64,000 nucleotides of DNA, from positions 137,144,001 to 137,208,000 of the forward strand of contig OZ024743.1 in assembly GCA_964016885.1 (NCBI GenBank), given 5' to 3'. How positions within the stretch are numbered: the first letter of the stretch is position 1; every line of letters starts with the position of its first letter. Positions 16,601 through 29,609 of this stretch are shown piece after piece. This DNA is from Eledone cirrhosa. Its lineage: Eukaryota. The translations under genes were made by a program, and so were the position numbers. The notes under the pieces were generated by a model. The model saw nothing but the letters and a program-made list of their open reading frames with translations, was not told the DNA's origin and ran no database searches.

Positions 16601-19600
16601 CAAACACCAAACAACAAGCACCAGGCACCAAGCACCAAACGCCAAACACCAAGCACGCAGCACCAAACACCAAGCACCAAGCACCAAGCACCAAACACCA
16701 AGCACCAAGCACCAAGCACCAAACACCAAACACCAAACACCAAGCACCAAGAACCAAACACCAAACACCAAACAGCAAGCACCAAGCACCAAACACCAAG
16801 CACCAAACACCAAACCCCAAGCACCAATCACCAAACACTAATCAACAAGCACCAAGCACCAAACACGAAGCACCAAGCAGCAAGCACCAAACACCAAGCA
16901 CCATGCACCAAGCACCAAGCACCAAACACCAAGCACCAAGCACCAAACACCAAACCCCAAGCACCAAAGACCAAGCACCAAGCACCAAGCACCAAGCACC
17001 AAACACCAAGCACCAAGCACCAAACACCCAGCACCAAGCACCAAGCACCAAACACCAAACAACAAGCACCAAGAACCAAACCCCAAACACCAAACAGCAA
17101 GCACCAAGCACCAAACACCAAGCACCAAACACCAAACCCCAAGCACCAATCACCAAACACTAATCAACAAGCACCAAGCACCAAACACGAAGCACCAAGC
17201 AGCAAGCACCAAACACCAAGCACCAAGCACCAAGCACCAAGCACCAAACACCAAGCACCAAGCACCAAACACCAAACCTCAAGCACCAAAGACCAAGCAC
17301 CAAGCACCAAGCACCAAGCACCAAACACCAAGCACCAAGCACCAAACACCCAGCACCAAGCACCAAGCACCAAACACCAAGCACCAAGCACCAAACACCA
17401 AACACCAAACACCAAGCACCAAGCACCAAACAGCAAGCACCAAACACCAAACAACAAACAGCAAACGCCAAACACCAAGCACCAAGCACCAAGCACCAAA
17501 CACCAAGCACCAAGCACCAAGCACAAATCAGCAAACACCAAGCACCAAGGACCAAACATCAAACACCAAGCAGCAAGCACCAAACACCGAACACCAAACA
17601 CCGAACACCAATCACCAAGCACCAAGCACAAAGCACCGAACACCAAGCACCAAACACCAAGCACCAAACACCAAGCACCAAACACCAAGCACCAAACACC
17701 AAGCACCAGGCACCAAGCACCAAACACCAAGCACCATGCACCAAACACCAAGCACCAAGCACGAAGCACCAAACACAAAGCACCAAACACCAAACACTTA
17801 ACACCAAGAACCAAGCACCAAGCACCAAACACCAAGCACCAAACACCAAACACCAAGCACCAAGTATCAAACACCAAGCACCAAGCACCAAACACCAAGC
17901 ACCAAACACCAAACACCAAGCACCAAACACCAGCCACCAAGCACCAAGCACCAAACACCAAACACCAGGCACTAAGCACCAAACACCAAACAACAAGCAG
18001 CAGGCACCAAGCACCAAACACCAAACACCAAGCACGCAGCACCAAACACCAAGCACCAAGCACCAAACACCAATCACCTAGCACCAAGCACCAAACACCA
18101 AACACCAAACACCAAGCACCAAGAACCAAACACCAAACTCCAAACAGCAAGCACCAAGCACCAAACACCAAGCACCAAACACCAAACCCCAAGCACCAAT
18201 CACCAAACACTAATCACCAAGCACCAAGCACCAAACACCAAGCACCAAGCACCAAGCACCAAGCACCAAGCACCAAGCACCAAACACCAAGCACCAAGCA
18301 CCAAACATCAAACACCAAACACCAAGCACCAAGCACCAAACAGCAAGCACCAAATACCAAGCACCAAACACCAAGCACCAAACACCAAGCCCCACGCACC
18401 AAGCACCAAACACCAAACACCAAGCACCAAGCACCAAACACTAATCACCAAGCACCAAGCCCCTAGCACCAAACACCAAACACCAATCAAAAAGCACAAA
18501 ACACCAAGCACACATCACCAAGCACCAAACACCTAGCAGCAAGCAGCAAGCACCAAACACCAAACACAAAGCACCAAGCACCAAATACCAAACACCAAGC
18601 ACCAAGGTCCAAACATCAAACACCAAGCACCAAACGCCTAACACCAAGCACCAAGCACCAAGCACCAAGCACCAAACACAAAACACCAAGCACCAAGCAC
18701 CAAGCAGCAAACACCAAACACCAAGCACCATGCACCAAGCACCAAACACCAAACACCAAGCACCAAACACCAGATACCAAGCACCAAGCACCAAAGACCA
18801 AACACAAAGCCCCAAGCACCAAACACCAAACAACAAGAACCAGGCACCAAGCACCAAACACCAAACACCAAGCACCAAGCACCAAACACCAAACACCAAG
18901 CACGCAGCATCAAACACCAAGCACCAAGCACCAAGCACCAAAGACCAAGCACCAAGCACCAAGCACCAAGTACCAAACACCAAACACCAAGCACCAAACA
19001 CCAAACACCAAGCACCAAGCACCAAGCACGAAACACCAGACACCAAGCACCAAGCACAAAACACCAAACACCAAGCACCAAACACCAGCCACCAAGCACC
19101 AAGCACCAAACACCAAACACCAAGCACTGTGCACCAAACACCAAACAACAAGCACCAGGCACCAAGCACCAAACGCCAAACACCAAGCACGCAGCACCAA
19201 ACACCAAGCACCAAGCACCAAGCACCAAACACCAAGCACCAAGCACCAAGCACCAAACACCAAACACCAAACACCAAGCACCAAGAACCAAACACCAAAC
19301 ACCAAACAGCAAGCACCAAGCAACAAACACCAAACACCAAGCACCAAACACCAGCCACCAAGCACCAAGCACCAAACACCAAACACCAAGCACTAAGCAC
19401 CAAACACCAAACAACAAGCAGCAGGCACCAAGCACCAAACACCAAACACCAAGCACGCAGCACCAAACACCAAGCACCAAGCACCAAACACCCATCACCT
19501 AGCACCAAGCACCAAACACCAAACACCAAACACCAAGCACCAAGAACCAAACACCAAACACCAAACAGCAAGCACCAAGCACCAAACACCAAGCACCAAA

Positions 19601-22299
19601 CACCAAACCCCAAGCACCAATCACCAAACACTAATCACCAAGCACCAAGCACCAAACACCAAGCACCAAGCACCAAGCACCAAGCACCAAGCACCAAGCA
19701 CCAAACACCAAGCACCAAGCACCAAACATCAAACACCAAACACCAAGCACCAAGCACCAAACAGCAAGCACCAAATACCAAGCACCAAACACCAAGCACC
19801 AAACACCAAGCCCCACGCACCAAGCACCAAATACCAAACACCTAGGAACAAGCACCAAACACTAATCACCAAGCACCAAGCCCCTAGCACCAAACACCAA
19901 ACACCAATCAAAAAGCACAAAACACCAAGCACCAATCACCAAGCACCAAACACCTAGCAGCAAGCAGCAAGCACCAAACACCAAACACAAAGCACCAAGC
20001 ACCAAATACCAAACACCAAGCACCAAGGTCCAAACATCAAACACCAAGCACCAAACGCCTAACACCAAGCACCAAGCACCAAGCACCAAGCACCAAACAC
20101 AAAACACCAAGCACCAAGCACCAAGCAGCAAACACCAAACACCAAGCACCATGCACCAAGCACCAAACACCAGATACCAAGCACCAAGCACCAAACACCA
20201 AACACCAAGCACCAAGCACCAAACACCAAACAACAAGAACCAGGCACCAAGCACCAAACACCAAACACCAAGCACCAAGCACCAAACACCAAACACCAAG
20301 CACGCAGCATCAAACACCAAGCACCAAGCACCAAGCACCAAAGACCAAGCACCAAGCACCAAGCACCAAGTACCAAACACCAAACACCAAGCACCAAACA
20401 CCAAACACCAAGCACCAAGCACCAAGCACGAAACACCAGGCACCAAGCACCAAGCACAAAACACCAAACACCAAGCACCAAACACCAGCCACCAAGCACC
20501 AAGCACCAAACACCAAACACCAAGCACTATGCACCAAACACCAAACAACAAGCACCAGGCACCAAGCACCAAACGCCAAACACCAAGCACGCAGCACCAA
20601 ACACCAAGCACCAAGCACCAAGCACCAAACACCAAGCACCAAGCACCAAGCACCAAACACCAAACACCAAACACCAAGCACCAAGAACCAAACACCAAAC
20701 ACCAAACAGCAAGCACCAAGCACCAAACACCAAGCACCAAACACCAAACCCCAAGCACCAATCACCAAACACTAATCAACAAGCACCAAGCACCAAACAC
20801 GAAGCACCAAGCAGCAAGCACCAAACACCAAGCACCATGCACCAAGAACCAAGCACCAAACACCAAGCACCAAGCACCAAACACCAAACCCCAAGCACCA
20901 AAGACCAAGCACCAAGCACCAAGCACCAAGCACCAAACACCAAGCACCAAGCACCAAACACCCAGCACCAAGCACCAAGCACCAAACACCAAGCACCAAG
21001 CACCAAGCACCAAGCACCAAGCACCAATCACCAAACACCAAGCACCAAGCACCAAACACCAAGCACCAGGCACCAAGCACCAAACACCAAGCACCATTCA
21101 CCAAACACCAAGCACCAAGACCGAAGCACCAAACACCAAGCACCAAACTCCAAACACAAAACACCAAGCACCAAGCAGCAAGCACCAAGCACCAAACACC
21201 AATCACCTAGCACCAAGCACCAAACACCAAACACCAAACACCAAGCACCAAGAACCAAACACCAAACACCAAACAGCAAGCACCAAGCACCAAACACCAA
21301 GCACCAAACACCAAACCCCAAGCACCAATCACCAAACACTAATCACCATGCACCAAGCACCAAACACCAAGCACCAAGCAGCAAGCACCAAACACCAAGC
21401 ACCAAGCACCAAGCACCAAGCACCAAGCACCAAGCACCAAACACCAAGCACCAAACACCAAACAACAAGAACCAGGCACCAAGCACCAAACACCAAACAC
21501 CAAGCACCAAGCACCAAAGACCAAGCACCAAGCACCAAGCACCAAGCACAAAACACCAAACACCAAGCACCAAACACCAGCCACCAAGCACCAAGCACCA
21601 AACACCAAACACCATGCACTATGCACCAAACACCAAACAACAAGCACCAGGCACCAAGCACCAAACGCCAAACACCAAGCACGCAGCACCAAACACCAAG
21701 CACCAAGCACCAAGCACCAAACACCAAGCACCAAGCACCAAGCACCAAACACCAAACACCAAACACCAAGCACCAAGAACCAAACACCAAACACCAAACA
21801 GCAAGCACCAAGCACCAAACACCAAACACCAAGCACCAAACACCAGCCACCAAGCACCAAGCACCAAACACCAAACACCAAGCACTAAGCACCAAACAAC
21901 AAGAACCAGGCACCAAGCACCAAACACCAAACACCAAGCACCAAGCACCAAAGACCAAGCACCAAGCACCAAGCACCAAGCATAAAACACCAAACACCAA
22001 GCACCAAACACCAGCCACCAAGCACCAAGCACCAAACACCAAACACCATGCACTATGCACCAAACACCAAACAACAAGCAGCAGGCACCAAGCACCAAAC
22101 ACCAAACACCAAGCACGCAGCACCAAACACCAAGCACCAAGCACCAAACACCCATCACCTAGCACCAAGCACCAAACACCAAACACCAAACACCAAGCAC
22201 CAAGAACCAAACACCAAACACCAAACAGCAAGCACCAAGCACCAAACACCAAGCACCAAACACCAAACCCCAAGCACCAATCACCAAACACTAATCACC

Positions 22300-24300
22300 A
22301 AGCACCAAGCACCAAACACCAAGCACCAAGCACCAAGCACCAAGCACCAAGCACCAAGCACCAAACACCAAGCACCAAGCACCAAACATCAAACACCAAA
22401 CACCAAGCAACAAGCACCAAACAGCAAGCACCAAATACCAAGCACCAAACACCAAGCACCAAACACCAAGCCCCACGCACCAAGCACCAAACACCAAACA
22501 ACAAGCACCAAGCACCAAACACTAATCACCAAGCACCAAGCCCCTAGCACCAAACACCAAACACCAATCAAAAAGCACAAAACACCAAGCACCAATCACC
22601 AAGCACCAAACACCTAGCAGCAAGCAGCAAGCACCAAACACCAAACACAAAGCACCAAGCACCAAATACCAAACACCAAGCACCAAGGTCCAAACATCAA
22701 ACACCAAGCACCAAACGCCTAACACCAAGCACCAAGCACCAAGCACCAAGCACCAAACACAAAACACCAAGCACCAAGCACCAAGCAGCAAACACCAAAC
22801 ACCAAGCACCATGCACCAAGCACCAAACACCAGATACCAAGCACCAAGCACCAAACACCAAACACCAAGCACCAAGCACCAAACACCAAACAACAAGAAC
22901 CAGGCACCAAGCACCAAACACCAAACACCAAGCACCAAGCACCAAACACCAAACACCAAGCACGCAGCATCAAACACCAAGCACCAAGCACCAAGCACCA
23001 AAGACCAAGCACCAAGTACCAAACACCAAACACCAAGCACCAAACACCAAACACCAAGCACCAAGCACCAAGCACGAAACACCAGGCACCAAGCACCAAG
23101 CACAAAACACCAAACACCAAGCACCAAACACCAGCCACCAAGCACCAAGCACCAAACACCAAGCACCAAACACCAAACCCCAAGCACCAATCACCAAACA
23201 CTAATCAACAAGCACCAAGCACCAAACACGAAGCACCAAGCAGCAAGCACCAAACACCAAGCACCATGCACCAAGCACCAAGCACCAAACACCAAGCACC
23301 AAGCACCAAACACCAAACCCCAAGCACCAAAGACCAAGCACCAAGCACCAAGCACCAAGCACCAAACACCAAGCACCAAGCACCAAACACCCAGCACCAA
23401 GCACCAAGCACCAAGCACCAAGCACCAAGCACCAAGCACCAAGCACCAAACACCAAGCACCAAGCACCAAACATCAAACACCAAACACCAAGCAACAAGC
23501 ACCAAACAGCAAGCACCAAATACCAAGCACCAAACACCAAGCACCAAACACCAAGCCCCACGCACCAAGCACCAAACACCAAACAACAAGCACCAAGCAC
23601 CAAACCCTAATCACCAAACACCAAGCCCCTAGCACCAAACACCAAACACCAATCAAAAAGCACAAAACACCAAGCACCAATCACCAAGCACCAAACACCT
23701 AGCAGCAAGCAGCAAGCACCAAACACCAAACACAAAGCACCAAGCACCAAATACCAAACACCAAGCACCAAGGTCCAAACATCAAACACCAAGCACCAAA
23801 CGCCTAACACCAAGCACCAAGCACCAAGCACCAAGCACCAAACACAAAACACCAAGCACCAAGCACCAAGCAGCAAACACCAAACACCAAGCACCATGCA
23901 CCAAGCACCAAACACCAGATACCAAGCACCAAGCACCAAACACCAAACACCAAGCACCAAGCACCAAACACCGAACAACAAGAACCAGGCACCAAGCACC
24001 AAACACCAAACACCAAGCACCAAGCACCAAACACCAAACACCAAGCACGCAGCATCAAACACCAAGCACCAAGCACCAAGCACCAAAGACCAAGCACCAA
24101 GTACCAAACACCAAACACCAAGCACCAAACACCAAACACCAAGCACCAAGCACCAAGCACGAAACACCAGGCACCAAGCACCAAGCACAAAACACCAAAC
24201 ACCAAGCACCAAACACCAGCCACCAAGCACCAAGCACCAAACACCAAGCACCAAACACCAAACCCCAAGCACCAATCACCAAACACTAATCAACAAGCAG
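22300..24300 (+). repeat. 1,085-bp (155-monomer) tandem duplication
   Basis: CCCCTAG at 22541/23626. ORFs 22522..23190 and 23607..24275 are offset by 1085. Confidence 0.88.
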
Positions 24301-27300
24301 CAAGCACCAAACACCAAGCACCATGCACCAAGCACCAAGCACCAAACACCAAGCACCAAGCACCAAACACCAAACCCCAAGCACCAAAGACCAAGCACCA
24401 AGCACCAAGCACCAAGCACCAAACACCAAGCACCAAGCACCAAACACCCAGCACCAAGCACCAAGCACCAAACACCAAGCACCAAGCACCAAGCACCAAG
24501 CACCAAGCACCAATCACCAAACACCAAGCACCAAGCACCAAACACCAAGCACCAGGCACCAAGCACCAAACACCAAGCACCAAACACCAAGCACCAATCA
24601 CCAAACACCAAGCACCAAGACCGAAGCACCGAACACCAAGCACCAAACTCCAAACACAAAACACCAAGCACCAAGCAGCAAGCACCAAGCACCAAACACC
24701 AATCACCTAGCACCAAGCACCAAACACCAAACACCAAACACCAAGCACCAAGAACCAAACACCAAACACCAAACAGCAAGCACCAAGCACCAAACACCAA
24801 GCACCAAACACCAAACCCCAAGCACCAATCACCAAACACTAATCACCATGCACCAAGCACCAAACACCAAGCACCAAGCAGCAAGCACCAAACACCAAGC
24901 ACCAAGCACCAAGCACCAAGCCACAAGCACCAAGCACCAAACACCAAGCACCAAACACCAAACAACAAGAACCAGGCACCAAGCACCAAACACCAAACAC
25001 CAAGCACCAAGCACCAAAGACCAAGCACCAAGCACCAAGCACCAAGTACCAAACACCAAACACCAAGCACCAAACACCAAACACCAAGCACCAAGCACCA
25101 AGCACGAAACACCAGGCACCAAGCACCAAGCACAAAACACCAAACACCAAGCACCAAACACCAGCCACCAAGCACCAAGCACCAAACACCAAACACCAAG
25201 CACTATGCACCAAACACCAAACAACAAGCACCAGGCACCAAGCACCAAACGCCAAACACCAAGCACGCAGCACCAAACACCAAGCACCAAGCACCAAGCA
25301 CCAAACACCAAGCACCAAGCACCATGCACCAAACACCAAACACCAAACACCAAGCACCAAGAACCAAACCCCAAACACCAAACAGCAAGCACCAAGCACC
25401 AAACACCAAGCACCAAACACCAAACCCCAAGCACCAATCACCAAACACTAATCAACAAGCACCAAGCACCAAACACGAAGTACCAAGCAGCAAGCACCAA
25501 ACACCAAGCACCAAGCACCAAGCACCAAGCACCAAACACCAAGCACCAAGCACCAAACACCAAACCTCAAGCACCAAAGACCAAGCACCAAGCACCAAGC
25601 ACCAAGCACCAAACACCAAGCACCAATCACCAAACACCCAGCACCAAGCACCAAGCACCAAACACCAAGCACCAAGCACCAAACACCAAACACCAAACAC
25701 CAAGCACCAAGCACCAAACAGCAAGCACCAAACACCAAACAACAAACAGCAAACGCCAAACACCAAGCACCAAGCACCAAGCACCAAACACCAAGCACCA
25801 AGCACCAAGCACAAATCAGCAAACACCAAGCACCAAGGACCAAACATCAAACACCAAGCAGCAAGCACCAAACACCGAACACCAATCACCAAGCACCAAG
25901 CACAAAGCACCGAACACCAAGCACCAAACACCAAGCACCAAACACCAAGCACCAAACACCAAGCACCAGGCACCAAGCACCAAACACCAAGCACCATGCA
26001 CCAAACACCAAGCACCAAGCACGAAGCACCAAACACCAAGCACCAAACACCAAACACTTAACACCAAGAACCAAGCACGAAGCACCAAACACCAAGCACC
26101 AAACACCAAACACCAAGCACCAAGTATCAAACACCAAGCACCAAGCACCAAACACCAAGCACCAAACACCAAACACCAAGCACCAAACACCAGCCACCAA
26201 GCACCAAGCACCAAACACCAAACACCAAGCACTAAGCACCAAACACCAAACAACAAGCAGCAGGCACCAAGCACCAAACACCAAACACCAAGCACGCAGC
26301 ACCAAACACCAAGCACCAAGCACCAAACACCAATCACCTAGCACCAAGCACCAAACACCAAACACCAAACACCATGCACCAAGAACCAAACACCAAACAC
26401 CAAACAGCAAGCACCAAGCACCAAACACCAAGCACCAAACACCAAACCCCAAGCACCAATCACCAAACACTAATCACCAAGCACCAAGCACCAAACACCA
26501 AGCACCAAGCACCAAGCACCAAGCACCAAGCACCAAGCACCAAACACCTAGCACCAAGCACCAAACATCAAACACCAAACACCAAGCACCAAGCACCAAA
26601 CAGCAAGCACCAAATACCAAGCACCAAACATCAAGCACCAAACACCAAGCCCCACGCACCAAGCACCAAACACCAAACACCAAGCACCAAGCACCAAACA
26701 CTAATCACCAAGCACCAAGCCCCTAGCACCAAACACCAAACACCAATCAAAAAGCACAAAACACCAAGCACCAATCACCAAGCACCAAACACCTAGCAGC
26801 AAGCAGCAAGCACCAAACACCAAACACAAAGCACCAAGCACCAAATACCAAACACCAAGCACCAAGGTCCAAACATCAAACACCAAGCACCAAACGCCTA
26901 ACACCAAGCACCAAGCACCAAGCACCAAGCACCAAACACAAAACACCAAGCACCAAGCACCAAGCAGCAAACACCAAACACCAAGCACCATGCACCAAGC
27001 ACCAAACACCAAACACCAAGCACCAAACACCAGATACCAAGCACCAAGCACCAAACACCAAACACCAAGCCCCAAGCACCAAACACCAAACAACAAGAAC
27101 CAGGCACCAAGCACCAAACACCAAACACCAAGCACCAAGCACCAAACACCAAACACCAAGCACGCAGCATCAAACACCAAGCACCAAGCACCAAGCACCA
27201 AAGACCAAGCACCAAGCACCAAGCACCAAGTACCAAACACCAAACACCAAGCACCAAACACCAAACACCAAGCACCAAGCACCAAGCACGAAACACCAGG

Positions 27301-29609
27301 CACCAAGCACCAAGCACAAAACACCAAACACCAAGCACCAAACACCAGCCACCAAGCACCAAGCACCAAACACCAAACACCAAGCACTATGCACCAAACA
27401 CCAAACAACAAGCACCAGGCACCAAGCACCAAACGCCAAACACCAAGCACGCAGCACCAAACACCAAGCACCAAGCACCAAGCACCAAACACCAAGCACC
27501 AAGCACCAAGCACCAAACACCAAACACCAAACACCAAGCACCAAGAACCAAACACCAAACACCAAACAGCAAGCACCAAGCACCAAACACCAAACACCAA
27601 GCACCAAACACCAGCCACCAAGCACCAAGCACCAAACACCAAACACCAAGCACTAAGCACCAAACACCAAACAACAAGCAGCAGGCACCAAGCACCAAAC
27701 ACCAAACACCAAGCACGCAGCACCAAACACCAAGCACCAAGCACCAAACACCCATCACCTAGCACCAAGCACCAAACACCAAACACCAAACACCAAGCAC
27801 CAAGAACCAAACACCAAACACCAAACAGCAAACACCAAGCACCAAACACCAAGCACCAAACACCAAACCCCAAGCACCAATCACCAAACACTAATCACCA
27901 AGCACCAAGCACCAAACACCAAGCACCAAGCACCAAGCACCAAGCACCAAGCACCAAACACCAAGCACCAAGCACCAAACATCAAACACCAAACACCAAG
28001 CACCAAGCACCAAACAGCAAGCACCAAATACCAAGCACCAAACACCAAGCACCAAACACCAAGCCCCACGCACCAAGCACCAAACACCAAACACCAAGCA
28101 CCAAGCACCAAACACTAATCACCAAGCACCAAGCCCCTAGCACCAAACACCAAACACCAATCAAAAAGCACAAAACACCAAGCACCAATCACCAAGCACC
28201 AAACACCTAGCAGCAAGCAGCAAGCACCAAACACCAAACACAAAGCACCAAGCACCAAATACCAAACACCAAGCACCAAGGTCCAAACATCAAACACCAA
28301 GCACCAAACGCCTAACACCAAGCACCAAGCACCAAGCACCAAGCACCAAACACAAAACACCAAGCACCAAGCACCAAGCAGCAAACACCAAACACCAAGC
28401 ACCATGCACCAAGCACCAAACACCAGATACCAAGCACCAAGCACCAAACACCAAACACCAAGCACCAAGCACCAAACACCAAACAACAAGAACCAGGCAC
28501 CAAGCACCAAACACCAAACACCAAGCACCAAGCACCAAACACCAAAATCCAAGCACGCAGCATCAAACACCAAGCACCAAGCACCAAGCACCAAAGACCA
28601 AGCACCAAGCACCAAGCACCAAGTACCAAACACCAAACACCAAGCACCAAACACCAAACACCAAGCACCAAGCACCAAGCACGAAACACCAGGCACCAAG
28701 CACCAAGCACAAAACACCAAACACCAAGCACCAAACACCAGCCACCAAGCACCAAGCACCAAACACCAAACACCAAGCACTATGCACCAAACACCAAACA
28801 ACAAGCACCAGGCACCAAGCACCAAACGCCAAACACCAAGCACGCAGCACCAAACACCAAGCACCAAGCACCAAGCACCAAACACCAAGCACCAAGCACC
28901 AAGCACCAAACACCAAACACCAAACACCAAGCACCAAGAACCAAACACCAAACACCAAACAGCAAGCACCAAGCACCAAACACCAAGCACCAAACACCAA
29001 ACCCCAAGCACCAATCACCAAACACTAATCAACAAGCACCAAGCACCAAACACGAAGCACCAAGCAGCAAGCACCAAACACCAAGCACCATGCACCAAGC
29101 ACCAAGCACCAAACACCAAGCACCAAGCACCAAACACCAAACCCCAAGCACCAAAGACCAAGCACCAAGCACCAAGCACCAAGCACCAAACACCAAGCAC
29201 CAAGCACCAAACACCCAGCACCAAGCACCAAGCACCAAACACCAAGCACCAAGCACCAAACACCAAACACCAAACACCAAGCACCAAGCACCAAACAGCA
29301 AGCACCAAACACCAAACAACAAACAGCAAACGCCAAACACCAAGCACCAAGCACCAAGCACCAAACACCAAGCACCAAGCACCAAGCACAAATCAGCAAA
29401 CACCAAGCACCAAGGACCAAACATCAAACACCAAGCACCAAGCACGAAACACCGAACACGAAACACCGAACACCAATCACCAAGCACCAAGCACAAAGCA
29501 CCGAACACCAAGCACCAAACACCAAGCACCAAACACCAAGCACCAAACACCAAGCACCAGGCACCAAGCACCAAACACCAAGCACCATGCACCAAACACC
29601 AAGCACCAA

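Larger units (their letters stand above)
1..29600 (+). repeat. HOR domain 1 (GTCCAAA subfamily; paired ~1.42-kb subunits)
   Basis: The private monomer GTCCAAA occurs 14 times from 941 to 28281 and was not seen afterwards. CCCCTAG occurs in pairs: 794/2215, 5105/6526, 9416/10830, 14526/15947, 18460/19881, 22541/23626, 26720/28134. Confidence 0.9.

Noticed and set aside
20151-22547. Long + strand ORFs (up to 798 aa) resembling mucin or cell-wall repeat proteins
   Set aside because: They have no unique termini or signal peptide. Starts and stops are chance variant monomers (CACCATG, CACTAAT, CCCCTAG). The same peptide appears in overlapping frames and the DNA period is 7, not a multiple of 3.
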